Positions 28,628-37,030 of a DNA stretch of 64,000 bases are shown in pieces. Where the stretch lies: positions 3,867 through 67,866 of the forward strand of contig JAFGIU010000057.1 in NCBI GenBank assembly GCA_016929445.1, read 5' to 3'. The translations under genes were made by a program, and so were the position numbers. Every line of letters starts with the position of its first letter. Within the stretch, counting starts at the first letter, position 1. The notes under the pieces are model-generated. The model made no database searches and was not told the origin of the DNA. It was given only the letters and a program-made list of their open reading frames with translations. Origin of the DNA: Candidatus Omnitrophota bacterium (GTDB lineage Bacteria > Omnitrophota > Gorgyraeia > JAFGIU01).

Positions 28628-29032
28628 CTATGCACCCAGCATGGAGGATTCAATCGTCACTTCGATATTGGCCCCCACCGTGTTCACGGTAATGTCATAG
28701 GAACCCGTGGTTCCGCTGATGGTGAAGGTCTCGGTGAGCACGCCCCCGCCCGGGGTCCAGGAAGGATCTTCCGCCAAGAGCTGCTTGGCCCGTTCATAAC
28801 CCGAATCCGCCACATACAGGGCCTGCGCTTCGCGGTAGTTGGAGCGCGCGCCCTCAAGCTGCCCTGCTGAAATTGAGACCAGAACCATGCCCATGGCCGA
28901 GAAAAGCATCATCACAAAGACTGCGATGATGGTCGCAAAACCCGATTGGGAATTCAGCCCGCTCCGCTTGGGCACCGGACTAGGGTCTGAGGTTCCGCGG
29001 GAAAATAATGGAATTATAGGTAATCGATTCAT
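28628..29032 (-). CDS. Minor pseudopilin, GspK/PilX-like (lacks Glu5).
   Basis: The segment SGFATIIAVFVMMLFSAMGMVLVSISAGQLEGARSNYREAQALYVADSGYERAKQLL matches the GspK-type N-terminus. The start is uncertain (ATG 29032 or GTG 28975). Confidence 0.55.
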   Translation of the reverse strand: MNRLPIIPLFSRGTSDPSPVPKRSGLNSQSGFATIIAVFVMMLFSAMGMVLVSISAGQLEGARSNYREAQALYVADSGYERAKQLLAEDPSWTPGGGVLTETFTISGTTGSYDITVNTVGANIEVTIESSMLGA

Positions 29033-29477
29033 TTCCGCTCGCCACGGTTATGCTCACTCCGACACGCCAGATATCCGTCACATCCCCGACCGGCGTTGCA
29101 AGAGCGGCATTGTTTTCGTCAAAATAGGTAAAAAGCAGGTTGGTCACATTCCTGCACAGCGGGTCACTGTTCCGCTGCAACTCACTCCCGGACAGCTCAA
29201 ACACGATATTGACATCATCCCCGTCAAAGAAATCAAACTCATCCGTATCCGCCACCTGGATATCTGCCGCGTCATTCCCCCGCAAAGTCCGGATTTCGCG
29301 GGTCATCCAGTCGATGGCCATCTTGCCCATCACGGCTTCGTCATTGCGAAAGCTCACAAAAGACCACAGGTCGACCACGGCCAGCACCGTGCCCGCAACG
29401 CCGGCACTCAAAATGCCGGCCACAGCGATCACCGCGACCAGCTCGATTAATGTGTGGCCTTTGTGGTCTTTCTTCAT
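28980..29477 (-). CDS. Minor pseudopilin with a prepilin-type cleavage/methylation N-terminus, GspJ/PilW-like.
   Basis: MKKDHKG|HTLIELVAVIAVAGILSAG. Confidence 0.65.
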   Translation of the reverse strand: MKKDHKGHTLIELVAVIAVAGILSAGVAGTVLAVVDLWSFVSFRNDEAVMGKMAIDWMTREIRTLRGNDAADIQVADTDEFDFFDGDDVNIVFELSGSELQRNSDPLCRNVTNLLFTYFDENNAALATPVGDVTDIWRVGVSITVASGNESITYNSIIFPRNLRP

Positions 29478-29490
29478 TGTTTCAGCTCTG

Positions 29491-29660
29491 TGATTCCGTC
29501 ATTGCGCGTCACTGGTTCGTCATTGCTGGCATCCCACCGTCATTGCGAGCATAGCGAAGCAATCTATGCTCCACAACGATCGCTTCACTCCGTTCGCAAT
29601 GACGAATTCAGCTCGATGACGCTTCGCGTTAGATAACCACGCTTCGCCCGCCATGACGGG
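29491..29660. repeat. Family-A repeat array A3: three direct CGTCATTGC units plus inverted GCAATGACG, GATGACG and CATGACGG units.
   Basis: Direct units at 29498, 29517 and 29538. Inverse units at 29596-29604, 29615 and 29652. Confidence 0.5.
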
Positions 29661-29668
29661 CTCACCCG

Positions 29669-30271
29669 TCAATTTCCGCTATGGCTCGAACTCACAACCT
29701 CGCTAAAGGTCATGGTGCCCACTTTTGCGTGAGTCACCGTGACATCGATCCGTTTGTAATTGGTCCGGGCGGTGTCCAGCCTGACCGTGTCAAAATCCGT
29801 GTTCAGGGGATCATCATCCGCATACACATAGTAGACCGTGGCTGAGCGGGTAAAGCCCGGATACCCGGCAATTGCCGTCTCAGAGTAACCGTCGTAATCA
29901 TCCACATCATCAAAGTCGGCATTGGTGGACTCCCCTGCATTTGTCCCCAAAGCATTACTCCAATTGGTGGGCCAAACAGTGATGGGGTCCCCGGAGGGAG
30001 GAAAGGGTGTGGAAGAGCTGTTCTCATCAAAGTCCTTGGCAATGATCTCTTCCATCAGGGCGCGGCCCACGACCGTGGCCGTATTCTGGAACTCCGAATG
30101 AACGGATTCAATGGCGACCATGGAATACATATCCATGAGAGGCAGGGCGCAAAGGCCCAGAATGACGATGGCAAAACTGAGCTCCATCAGACTCATCCCG
30201 GACTGAGTCAGAAGTTTTGCCTTCAGGATGGATTTAAGAGACGCTCCCCGCAGGTCCCCCATGAATCTCAC
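29669..30271 (-). CDS. Minor pseudopilin, GspI/PilV-like.
   Basis: Prepilin N-terminus LTQSG|MSLMELSFAIVILGLCALPLM. Confidence 0.6.
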   Translation of the reverse strand: MRFMGDLRGASLKSILKAKLLTQSGMSLMELSFAIVILGLCALPLMDMYSMVAIESVHSEFQNTATVVGRALMEEIIAKDFDENSSSTPFPPSGDPITVWPTNWSNALGTNAGESTNADFDDVDDYDGYSETAIAGYPGFTRSATVYYVYADDDPLNTDFDTVRLDTARTNYKRIDVTVTHAKVGTMTFSEVVSSSHSGN

Positions 30272-30381
30272 CTCCCCAATAAGTCCGGATATTGCACAAG
30301 TATATCATGCAAGTGCCCCACAAACTCCCTGGAATGAAGGACTTATGCGCAAAATAACGCAAGGGTCCGTAAGTCGGCGCG

Positions 30382-31341
30382 TTATTTGGCCGAGGCCGTG
30401 TGCCACTGCCACATCCACTCCAGAGTCTCGCGAAGTGTGTAACGCAGTTCCCATCCCGTGGCCAGTTTGAAGCGGGAGCAATCCCCCAGGAGGATGGGCA
30501 CATCACTGGGACGCATGGCCTGAGGGTCGGTCTCCACCTCATTGCTCACACCCGCGATCCCGCTCACCATATCAACCACCTCGCGAATAGTCACCGTCTT
30601 GCCGGAACAAATATTGTAGACCTCGCCGGGTTCCGCCTTTTCCAAGGCCAGCCAATAGGCTCTCACCATATCGCGCACATCCGTGAAGTCCCGCTTTGCA
30701 TCCAAATTGCCCAGGCTGTAGCGCTCGCGCTTGCCCTGCTTGATCTCCAAGGCCTGCTTTACCACCTTGCCGCAAATAAACTCCGCAGGCCGGCGCACGC
30801 CCGTATGGTTAAAAGCGCGCGTGCGCACAATGTGCAACCCGTAAGAACGGTGGTACTGAAAGCCCAAGAGATCCTGCGTTACCTTGCTCACTCCATAAGG
30901 ACTCAAAGGCCTTAACGGATTCGTCTCTTTGACCGGGGTTTCCTCTTCATGCACCAAGCCGTATTCCTCGCTGCTGCCGCACACCAAAAACCGGATCGGG
31001 TAATCCGCCCGCCTCATGGCTTCCATCAGATTGAGTTGGGAGATCACGTTATTGTCCAAGGTCTCTTTGGGCGCAATCCAGGAAGTGGGAACGTGGGATT
31101 GAGCTGCCAGGCCGAAGATCCGTTCCGGCAGAGTCTCTTTCACGACGCGCTCAACAGCCGAGGGGTCGCGCAAATCACACTCATAGAGTTGGACCCTGTC
31201 TTCGAGATGTTCAATATTGTCATGGCGGGAACGCCAACGGATGGTCCCTACCACCTTCCAGTCGGGATGCTCTGAAAGAATATGTTCCGCAAGGTGGGAA
31301 CCCACAAATCCGGATATCCCGGTAATCAAGCAAGTTTGCAT
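30382..31341 (-). CDS. gmd: NAD(P)-dependent short-chain dehydratase of the GDP-mannose 4,6-dehydratase family (Gmd/Rmd-like).
   Basis: N-terminal GISGFVGSHL Rossmann motif. Catalytic SPYGVSKVTQDLLGFQY and the RAFNHTGVRR signature (compare the Gmd NHESPRR motif). ATG at 31341. Confidence 0.65.
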   Translation of the reverse strand: MQTCLITGISGFVGSHLAEHILSEHPDWKVVGTIRWRSRHDNIEHLEDRVQLYECDLRDPSAVERVVKETLPERIFGLAAQSHVPTSWIAPKETLDNNVISQLNLMEAMRRADYPIRFLVCGSSEEYGLVHEEETPVKETNPLRPLSPYGVSKVTQDLLGFQYHRSYGLHIVRTRAFNHTGVRRPAEFICGKVVKQALEIKQGKRERYSLGNLDAKRDFTDVRDMVRAYWLALEKAEPGEVYNICSGKTVTIREVVDMVSGIAGVSNEVETDPQAMRPSDVPILLGDCSRFKLATGWELRYTLRETLEWMWQWHTASAK

Positions 31342-31371
31342 AGGGCAGGCGCTCCGAGAGAATGAAACACA

Positions 31372-31875
31372 CTAGTCGACCCAAGTAAGACCTGTATTTT
31401 GGTTTACCGTAACCGTCCGGCTATTTCCACGGCAAGCAACCACAACGCTCCCGTTGGCCCCCAAATCCACTCCGGCAGCGTCCTGGGGCACACCCAATGA
31501 GCTGAAGACCAAGGTGGCGCCCCCGTCAAAATCAGCGCTGGTGATCGTGACATCCTGAAGCTCCGGGTCATTGGGGTAGTCTATGGTCATGGCACCGCGG
31601 GTATGCGGGCTGATCACATCCGCGCCGGTGGAGACCACGTAAACCTGGTAGGTTTCGTTCACCGTGCTGAAGGCAATCCCGATGGCTTCGTGGGTATTGA
31701 TGGCCAGCTGCTGGGCAAAGCGCAGATCCGACACCAACTTACGCGCCGCGCCCTCAGCCTGCATACTGTAATAACTGTCGAAACTGGGAATGGCCAGAGC
31801 GGCCAGGATACCGATAATGACCATCACCATGGTCAACTCGATGGCGGTAAAACCGGACTGTTTTCCCCTCCCCAT
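31372..31875 (-). CDS. Minor pseudopilin GspH/FimT/FimU-like.
   Basis: Start moved to ATG 31875 (MGRGKQSG|FTAIELTMVMVIIGILAALAIP). The downstream ...ARKLVSDLRFAQQLAIN... block is GspH-like. The track start at 32007 adds 44 residues that do not fit a prepilin. Confidence 0.7.
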   Translation of the reverse strand: MGRGKQSGFTAIELTMVMVIIGILAALAIPSFDSYYSMQAEGAARKLVSDLRFAQQLAINTHEAIGIAFSTVNETYQVYVVSTGADVISPHTRGAMTIDYPNDPELQDVTITSADFDGGATLVFSSLGVPQDAAGVDLGANGSVVVACRGNSRTVTVNQNTGLTWVD

Positions 31876-32027
31876 GACGCCCCCCCGGTAGTCCGTGGCA
31901 GGATTCGGAACCCAAGTAGTAAGTATACCATTACTTGCAAATCCGATCTCCGGCCATTCAAGCAGCCTGGGTAAAGTTGGAGGCACTGTTTCGCTTCTCA
32001 GGCCCAATGGAGATAGTCACTGCATCA

Positions 32028-32083
32028 GGGACGGTTCTCGCCTATTCTCTGCGTGGCCGAGAGTTATGCGAGAACCGTCCCCT
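32028..32083. repeat. Family-B hairpin copy: GGGACGGTTCTCGC, a 25-nt loop, then GCGAGAACCGTCCC.
   Basis: A perfect 14-bp inverted repeat. Confidence 0.45.
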
Positions 32084-32299
32084 TAAGCTGAAAACAACCC
32101 AGCATACGCTAAGGGAGGGGCGGCGCCTCACGGAGGAGCTCAAAATCGCTGAAGCCATAAATGTCTTTCCAGCGTGTGCCCTGCGATTTTGGGCAGCCCC
32201 CCGTACTTCACCTATTGCGGAACAGAATAGCTAAGGCGATCCGGAGTGAGGACGACCGGCCCGATCCTTGGGGATGCAGATCCAATACCCCTGCCAAAA

Positions 32300-32353
32300 G
32301 GGACGGTTCTCGCGTAAGTCCATGTTGCGTATGGAATTGGCGAGACCTGTCCC
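32300..32353. repeat. Family-B hairpin copy (imperfect): GGGACGGTTCTCGCG...CGAGACCTGTCCC.
   Basis: Read directly. It lies 3' of the TMTC-like gene's stop at 32415. Confidence 0.4.
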
Positions 32354-32414
32354 TGATTTAATTGCTGAACAAGGATCCCCACGCCTGCGGCTCGTGATGA
32401 CGGCTGCGGAGAAA

Positions 32415-33923
32415 CTACAACGCCTTCCGGGCGGCGGAGTGCAGGGGTTCGAATTCGAGGACTTGCTCGAAATACCCGCGCGCGATTTCGGAATTACCCA
32501 GGCAGGTCTCCACTTGGCCCAGCAAATAAAGCGTGTGCGTGGAACCGGGCTCAAGGCTGAGGGCCTGCATAAAGGCCCGGCGAGCCTGCGCATACCGCCC
32601 CCGCACCAAAAGGGCCACACCCAACTCGTGATAAGCCTTGTGCGAAGCGGGCGAATAGGTTGTTTCCAGCTCCCACATCAAAACCGGCTGGGCCCAAACC
32701 TCATTCCGCGCAAAAGTCCCGACTCCATACCCGGTCAACAGCAATGCCACGCACAAAATCCCCGCGGCATGCCAGGCCCTCTGCCGCTCCTGGGCGGTTA
32801 TGAGGATCCACACCAAACCCATACCCACAGCCCAATGCCAGGTGAGCCCGGATAGATACACCAAATGCTCCACCAAAAGTCCGCCAAAGGGCACCAAGTT
32901 TGAAACCGGCAACATCAGAATCCAAAACCACCCCAGCACAAAGAAGCCCAATCCATTCTTGCGCAGGCGCCAGAATAAAAACCCGTTGAGCAACAGAAAG
33001 AGCAGGCCGCCGATCACCCGCGGATTCATCACCGAATGCCGGATCGCAATGGTATGCAGTACGTGCAAATCGGAAGGAAAGAGCAGAAGCCTCCAGTATT
33101 CCAGCCACACAGGCGCCATGGTCATCATGGTCGCGTACAAACTGCCGCCCCAATACTCGCGCTGCGCTACGCTGTGCAACAGGTGAGTCCTCAAAGCCAA
33201 GTAGAACCCGCCCACGGCAAAGAAAAACAACCACACAGGCAAACGCTTGCGCCATGCCGCTTCCGGTCTCAAGCATCTATCCAAAAGGAGGAGGACAAGA
33301 GGCAAAACAATCCCGCTCTCTTTGGAGAGCAAGGAAGCACAATAGGCCAAAAGGCTGAAGACCAGAACTCCGGGCCTCAAGCCTTTCCCCTCAGTGGCCG
33401 CCAGGTATAGCAACAGGGCCAGGAGAAAGAAAAAGGCATAGAGCAAATCTCCGCGGGAAGCAATCCAGGCCACGGATTCGGTCTGAACCGGGTGCAGCCA
33501 AAAAAGCATCGTGCTCAGGAGCGACGCGCTCCAGTTCAGATTGGAATCCCGGGAGGAGAATTTAATCAGGCGCAGGGTCAGGAGAAAAACCAGGAGTCCG
33601 TTGGCCCAATGAAGGAACACATTGTGCAAGTGATAGCCCAAAGGATTCAAGCCCCAGAGGGAATAATCCACGGCAAAGGAGAGCGTGCGCAAAGGCCGCC
33701 ACAGGGCGTGAAACCCGAAGGCCGCGCTGTCCGGGTCACTAAAGAATCTCGTCCACACCTTGGACAGAGGGCGAAGGGCGTCGTTGGTAACGATGAATGA
33801 AAAGTCGTCGTAGAAAAATTCCCCGCGCAGAGCGGGCAAATACAAAAGGAGGACGGCCGACATCCCCGCAATCAGCCAGAAGATACTCCGTTTCTTCCAA
33901 CGGCCATATTCAATCGGTCGCAT
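32415..33923 (-). CDS. TMTC-like GT-C-fold membrane glycosyltransferase: DUF1736-like multi-TM N-terminus with a YDD motif, plus C-terminal TPR repeats. Paralogue A.
   Basis: MRPIEYGRWKKRSIFWLIAGMSAVLLLYLPALRGEFFYDDF..., 10 or more TM helices, and C-terminal TPR (YHELGVALLVRGRYAQARRAFMQALSLEP...). ATG at 33923. Confidence 0.75.
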   Translation of the reverse strand: MRPIEYGRWKKRSIFWLIAGMSAVLLLYLPALRGEFFYDDFSFIVTNDALRPLSKVWTRFFSDPDSAAFGFHALWRPLRTLSFAVDYSLWGLNPLGYHLHNVFLHWANGLLVFLLTLRLIKFSSRDSNLNWSASLLSTMLFWLHPVQTESVAWIASRGDLLYAFFFLLALLLYLAATEGKGLRPGVLVFSLLAYCASLLSKESGIVLPLVLLLLDRCLRPEAAWRKRLPVWLFFFAVGGFYLALRTHLLHSVAQREYWGGSLYATMMTMAPVWLEYWRLLLFPSDLHVLHTIAIRHSVMNPRVIGGLLFLLLNGFLFWRLRKNGLGFFVLGWFWILMLPVSNLVPFGGLLVEHLVYLSGLTWHWAVGMGLVWILITAQERQRAWHAAGILCVALLLTGYGVGTFARNEVWAQPVLMWELETTYSPASHKAYHELGVALLVRGRYAQARRAFMQALSLEPGSTHTLYLLGQVETCLGNSEIARGYFEQVLEFEPLHSAARKAL

Positions 33924-35622
33924 GACCCAACCCTTCCAGTCTCTTCAGATTCTCCATGGCCTCACGCGCTGCCAATGACCCGGGCTGGACCTCAACCGCC
34001 TTTTCAAAAAACCCCTGCGCTGCTACCGGGTCCCGCACATAAGCAGCCTGAATAATCCCGAGTTTGTTATAGCTGTAGGCAAAAGCGGGATTGGCAGAGA
34101 CCGCCCGGTAGTACTGGGCTTGGGCCCCCTTCCAGTCCCCCGCCTCTTTGAGCAAATCCCCGATCGCCACAAAGAGCTCTGCCCCGCCCGGCGCAAATTC
34201 CAATCCTTGTTCATAGGCAGAACGCGCTTCGGCGCGGCGCCCCAAACCCTCGAGGGCTTTCCCCCGCCCCAACCAAGCACCCGCGTTTTCAGGCTGCACC
34301 CGCAGCAGCTGCGCATAAAGATCCAGCGCCCTGCCGAATTCCTTCTCCTGCAAATGAAGCGTGGCCCGCCCCAGCAAAGCCTGCGGATGCCAGGGAGAAA
34401 CGCGCAACAAGCTGTCCAAACGTTTTTTAGCCGCGTAACTGTCCCCTGCCTGATAGAGCGCCCAACCCAAGCCAAACTGCGACTTCGGACTTTGCGGATA
34501 GTGGTAATAGGCGGCAGACCACAGCGCCAAATCATCGGCCCACACCCCTGACTGCCGCACTGTGAGAAAAGAAAAACCCGCAAAAGCAATGAGTGCCACC
34601 CCGCCGGCAACCTTTCTCCAAATACGGTGCGCTTTCAAGGCAGCGACGAGCCACCCGCAAAATTCCGCCACGAGCATCACAGCCCCGAACATGGGCAGAT
34701 AGAAGAAGCGCTCCGCCCCGGGATTGGCCACAGGATAGAGCCCGAGCGCGGGCACCAAGCCCGCACCCAGCCAAAGCAGCCCGGCTTGGAGACGAAGATT
34801 CCGGGACCGCGCCCGCAACACCCCACCCAAACCCAGGCCGGCCAAACCCAATGCCGCCCACAAGCGCCAATCACTCAGACCGACCACTGCCTCAAACTCA
34901 TGAACCGGCGACAAGGCCACCGGCCAAAAGAAAGACCGCAGGTAGTGCACCCAAACCCAGAGTCCTGTCCCCAGCGCCGTGACAAGACTCCCCCCGGGAT
35001 AGGGCGGGAGTGTATCTGCATGATGGCTCATCCATCCAAAACGCAAGAGCACATAAGCGCTGATCACCAGCCAGTACCCTAACCAAGGTTTCTTCCAAAA
35101 CCGCAATACAGAGTCAAAGGTTCCGGCCTGTTGATCAGCCGCCAACACAAAGCCCACTAACAAAGGTAAGACCAATGCCGATTCCTTGGACAACAAGGCC
35201 AAGGCCCCCACTAAATAAGCCCATCCATGCCGGCCTGCCAATGCCAAACGCACGGCCGCCAGCACCCCCGCCACCATCAACAAATCTTTACGGTAGGTCA
35301 CGCACATCACTGCCTCCGAAGGAAGCGGATGCACACCAAACAGCAAAGTCCCCACAAAGGCCGGGATCTCGCCAAATCCAAGGCGCGTGAGCAAGGACCA
35401 CACCAGCACACAAGCCCCCAAATGCCACAGAAGATTCACCAAGTGAAGGGTCCAGGGATTGAATCCGTACAAATGGACGTCAATCCAATACGAGAGGGTG
35501 GTCAGGGGGCGGTAGGTGAATTCACCCGAGGCATTAAAGTATTCCTGCGTAAACCACAGGGAGGGATCCAAGGGCACTCTCAGGATCTTGGCGTTGAGCA
35601 GGACTGAATAGTCGTCATACAC
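33910..35622 (-). CDS. TMTC-like GT-C glycosyltransferase, paralogue B. Its first TM helix is encoded upstream in the same frame with no start codon. An ATG with a good SD sits at 35710 in the +1 frame, so this looks like a frameshift (see finding).
   Basis: The ORF begins MYDDYSVLL (GTG 35622). In-frame upstream codons encode ...QRSFYFLIIALLGIAITYLPSLSNGF, which parallels the N-termini of the other paralogues. The in-frame stop is at 35788-35790. Confidence 0.65.
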   Translation of the reverse strand: MYDDYSVLLNAKILRVPLDPSLWFTQEYFNASGEFTYRPLTTLSYWIDVHLYGFNPWTLHLVNLLWHLGACVLVWSLLTRLGFGEIPAFVGTLLFGVHPLPSEAVMCVTYRKDLLMVAGVLAAVRLALAGRHGWAYLVGALALLSKESALVLPLLVGFVLAADQQAGTFDSVLRFWKKPWLGYWLVISAYVLLRFGWMSHHADTLPPYPGGSLVTALGTGLWVWVHYLRSFFWPVALSPVHEFEAVVGLSDWRLWAALGLAGLGLGGVLRARSRNLRLQAGLLWLGAGLVPALGLYPVANPGAERFFYLPMFGAVMLVAEFCGWLVAALKAHRIWRKVAGGVALIAFAGFSFLTVRQSGVWADDLALWSAAYYHYPQSPKSQFGLGWALYQAGDSYAAKKRLDSLLRVSPWHPQALLGRATLHLQEKEFGRALDLYAQLLRVQPENAGAWLGRGKALEGLGRRAEARSAYEQGLEFAPGGAELFVAIGDLLKEAGDWKGAQAQYYRAVSANPAFAYSYNKLGIIQAAYVRDPVAAQGFFEKAVEVQPGSLAAREAMENLKRLEGLGHATD

Positions 35623-35764
35623 AAAGCCGTTGGAAAGCGAGGGCAGATAGGTAATCGCGATGCCTAATAAGGCGATGATGAGGAAGTAAAACGAACGTTG
35701 GTGGGGACATAGATCCTTCGTCGCTTTTCTCCTCAGGATGACAGCAGAGTTTCTTGGCCTGACA

Positions 35765-37030
35765 CTAGGATTTCTTGGCTTTGATGATCAGCTCGGACCC
35801 CGCAACATAACGCACTTCCTGGATCTCACAGCCACGGCTTAGCAGTGCAGCCTTAAGACTGGCTTGGGTGTAGTGAGTCACGTGCTCATCCGCATATCCT
35901 CCCCGGTGCACCCAGCCATAAACCTTTTCAATCCACACCCACGAGATCCTGTCGTAGTCGGGCGTCCCCACAATCAAGGACCCGCCCGGGGCTGCCACGC
36001 GCACAAGCTCGTCCAGAATTTCTTCGGCATCCAAACAGTGTTCAATCACCTGTGAGCTAATGACGGTTTCAAAGAGATTGTCCGCAAAAGGCAGTCTTGC
36101 ACCGCTTCCCCGAAGCAAACGGGTGTTGGTTCGCCTCATGAAACGCAATTTACCCATGCTGGGATCCAAGCCAACAGCCAAAGGCAAGTCGACAAGGATC
36201 TTGCTGGAACCGCAGCCCACATCCAGGATGCTGGTGCCGGGCTTTACCAACTCGCGAATATGGCGGTGCCTTTGGCGCTGCCACCAACGCTGCAACGGGA
36301 TCCGGCTGTAAAAGGCCCTGAAATCATAGTCTGCGCATTGGATGGAATTGCGCAACTGCCACAAGGAGCCCAAGGTCTTCAAATAGGACCGGGCAAAGGA
36401 GATGAGACGCGCGTGCGTCCGGCCTTCTTTGCGCGGCCGGTATTCGAAGGGAACTTCCTGTAAACGCCACCCCCCCGCATAGATTTTGAGAAGCAGCTCT
36501 TCCAACAGATCAAAATCCCGGCCCTGCGTTTGAATCTGCCGCAGGACTGAACTCCGGTACATGCGGAAGCCGCTGGACATGTCCTTGACCCCGATCGCCA
36601 AGACATGGCCATAAATCACATTTAGACAACGACTTAGAACCCACCTAAACCAGGGCATTTCCGCGCTGCCCCCGCTCACATAACGTGAGGCAATCACCAC
36701 ATCCGCGCGATCGCGCCAATCCCACATGCGCGCGATAAACTCCGGATCGTGCGAAAGGTCCGCGTCCAAACACAGAACATACTCCCCGCGCGAACGTTCA
36801 AACCCCTCCCTCAAAGCATTCCCATAGCCGGGGTTTGCCTGCACAAAAACTTTTGCGCCTGCGGCCTCGGCCTCCGCACAGGTTCCGTCTATGGAACCGC
36901 CATCGATGACCACCACTTCCCAGCTCAGCTCCATCCGGCTGAGCACTTGCGAAGTCCGTTCAATCAGCGGCCCCAGATTCCCGCCCTCGTTATGGGCTAA
37001 GATGAGAATGCTGAGATTCAACTCACTCAC
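35765..37030 (-). CDS. Bifunctional protein: GT2 polyprenyl-phosphate glycosyltransferase (Ppm1/DPM1-like) fused to a C-terminal class I SAM-dependent methyltransferase.
   Basis: LSILILAHNEGGNLGPLIERT...CLDADLSHDP is the GT2 DxD region. ILDVGCGSS...GGSLIVGTPDY is the methyltransferase part. I propose a GTG start at 37030 with the SD GGAGAGG, forming a GTGA overlap with the upstream stop. Confidence 0.75.
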   Translation of the reverse strand: MSELNLSILILAHNEGGNLGPLIERTSQVLSRMELSWEVVVIDGGSIDGTCAEAEAAGAKVFVQANPGYGNALREGFERSRGEYVLCLDADLSHDPEFIARMWDWRDRADVVIASRYVSGGSAEMPWFRWVLSRCLNVIYGHVLAIGVKDMSSGFRMYRSSVLRQIQTQGRDFDLLEELLLKIYAGGWRLQEVPFEYRPRKEGRTHARLISFARSYLKTLGSLWQLRNSIQCADYDFRAFYSRIPLQRWWQRQRHRHIRELVKPGTSILDVGCGSSKILVDLPLAVGLDPSMGKLRFMRRTNTRLLRGSGARLPFADNLFETVISSQVIEHCLDAEEILDELVRVAAPGGSLIVGTPDYDRISWVWIEKVYGWVHRGGYADEHVTHYTQASLKAALLSRGCEIQEVRYVAGSELIIKAKKS

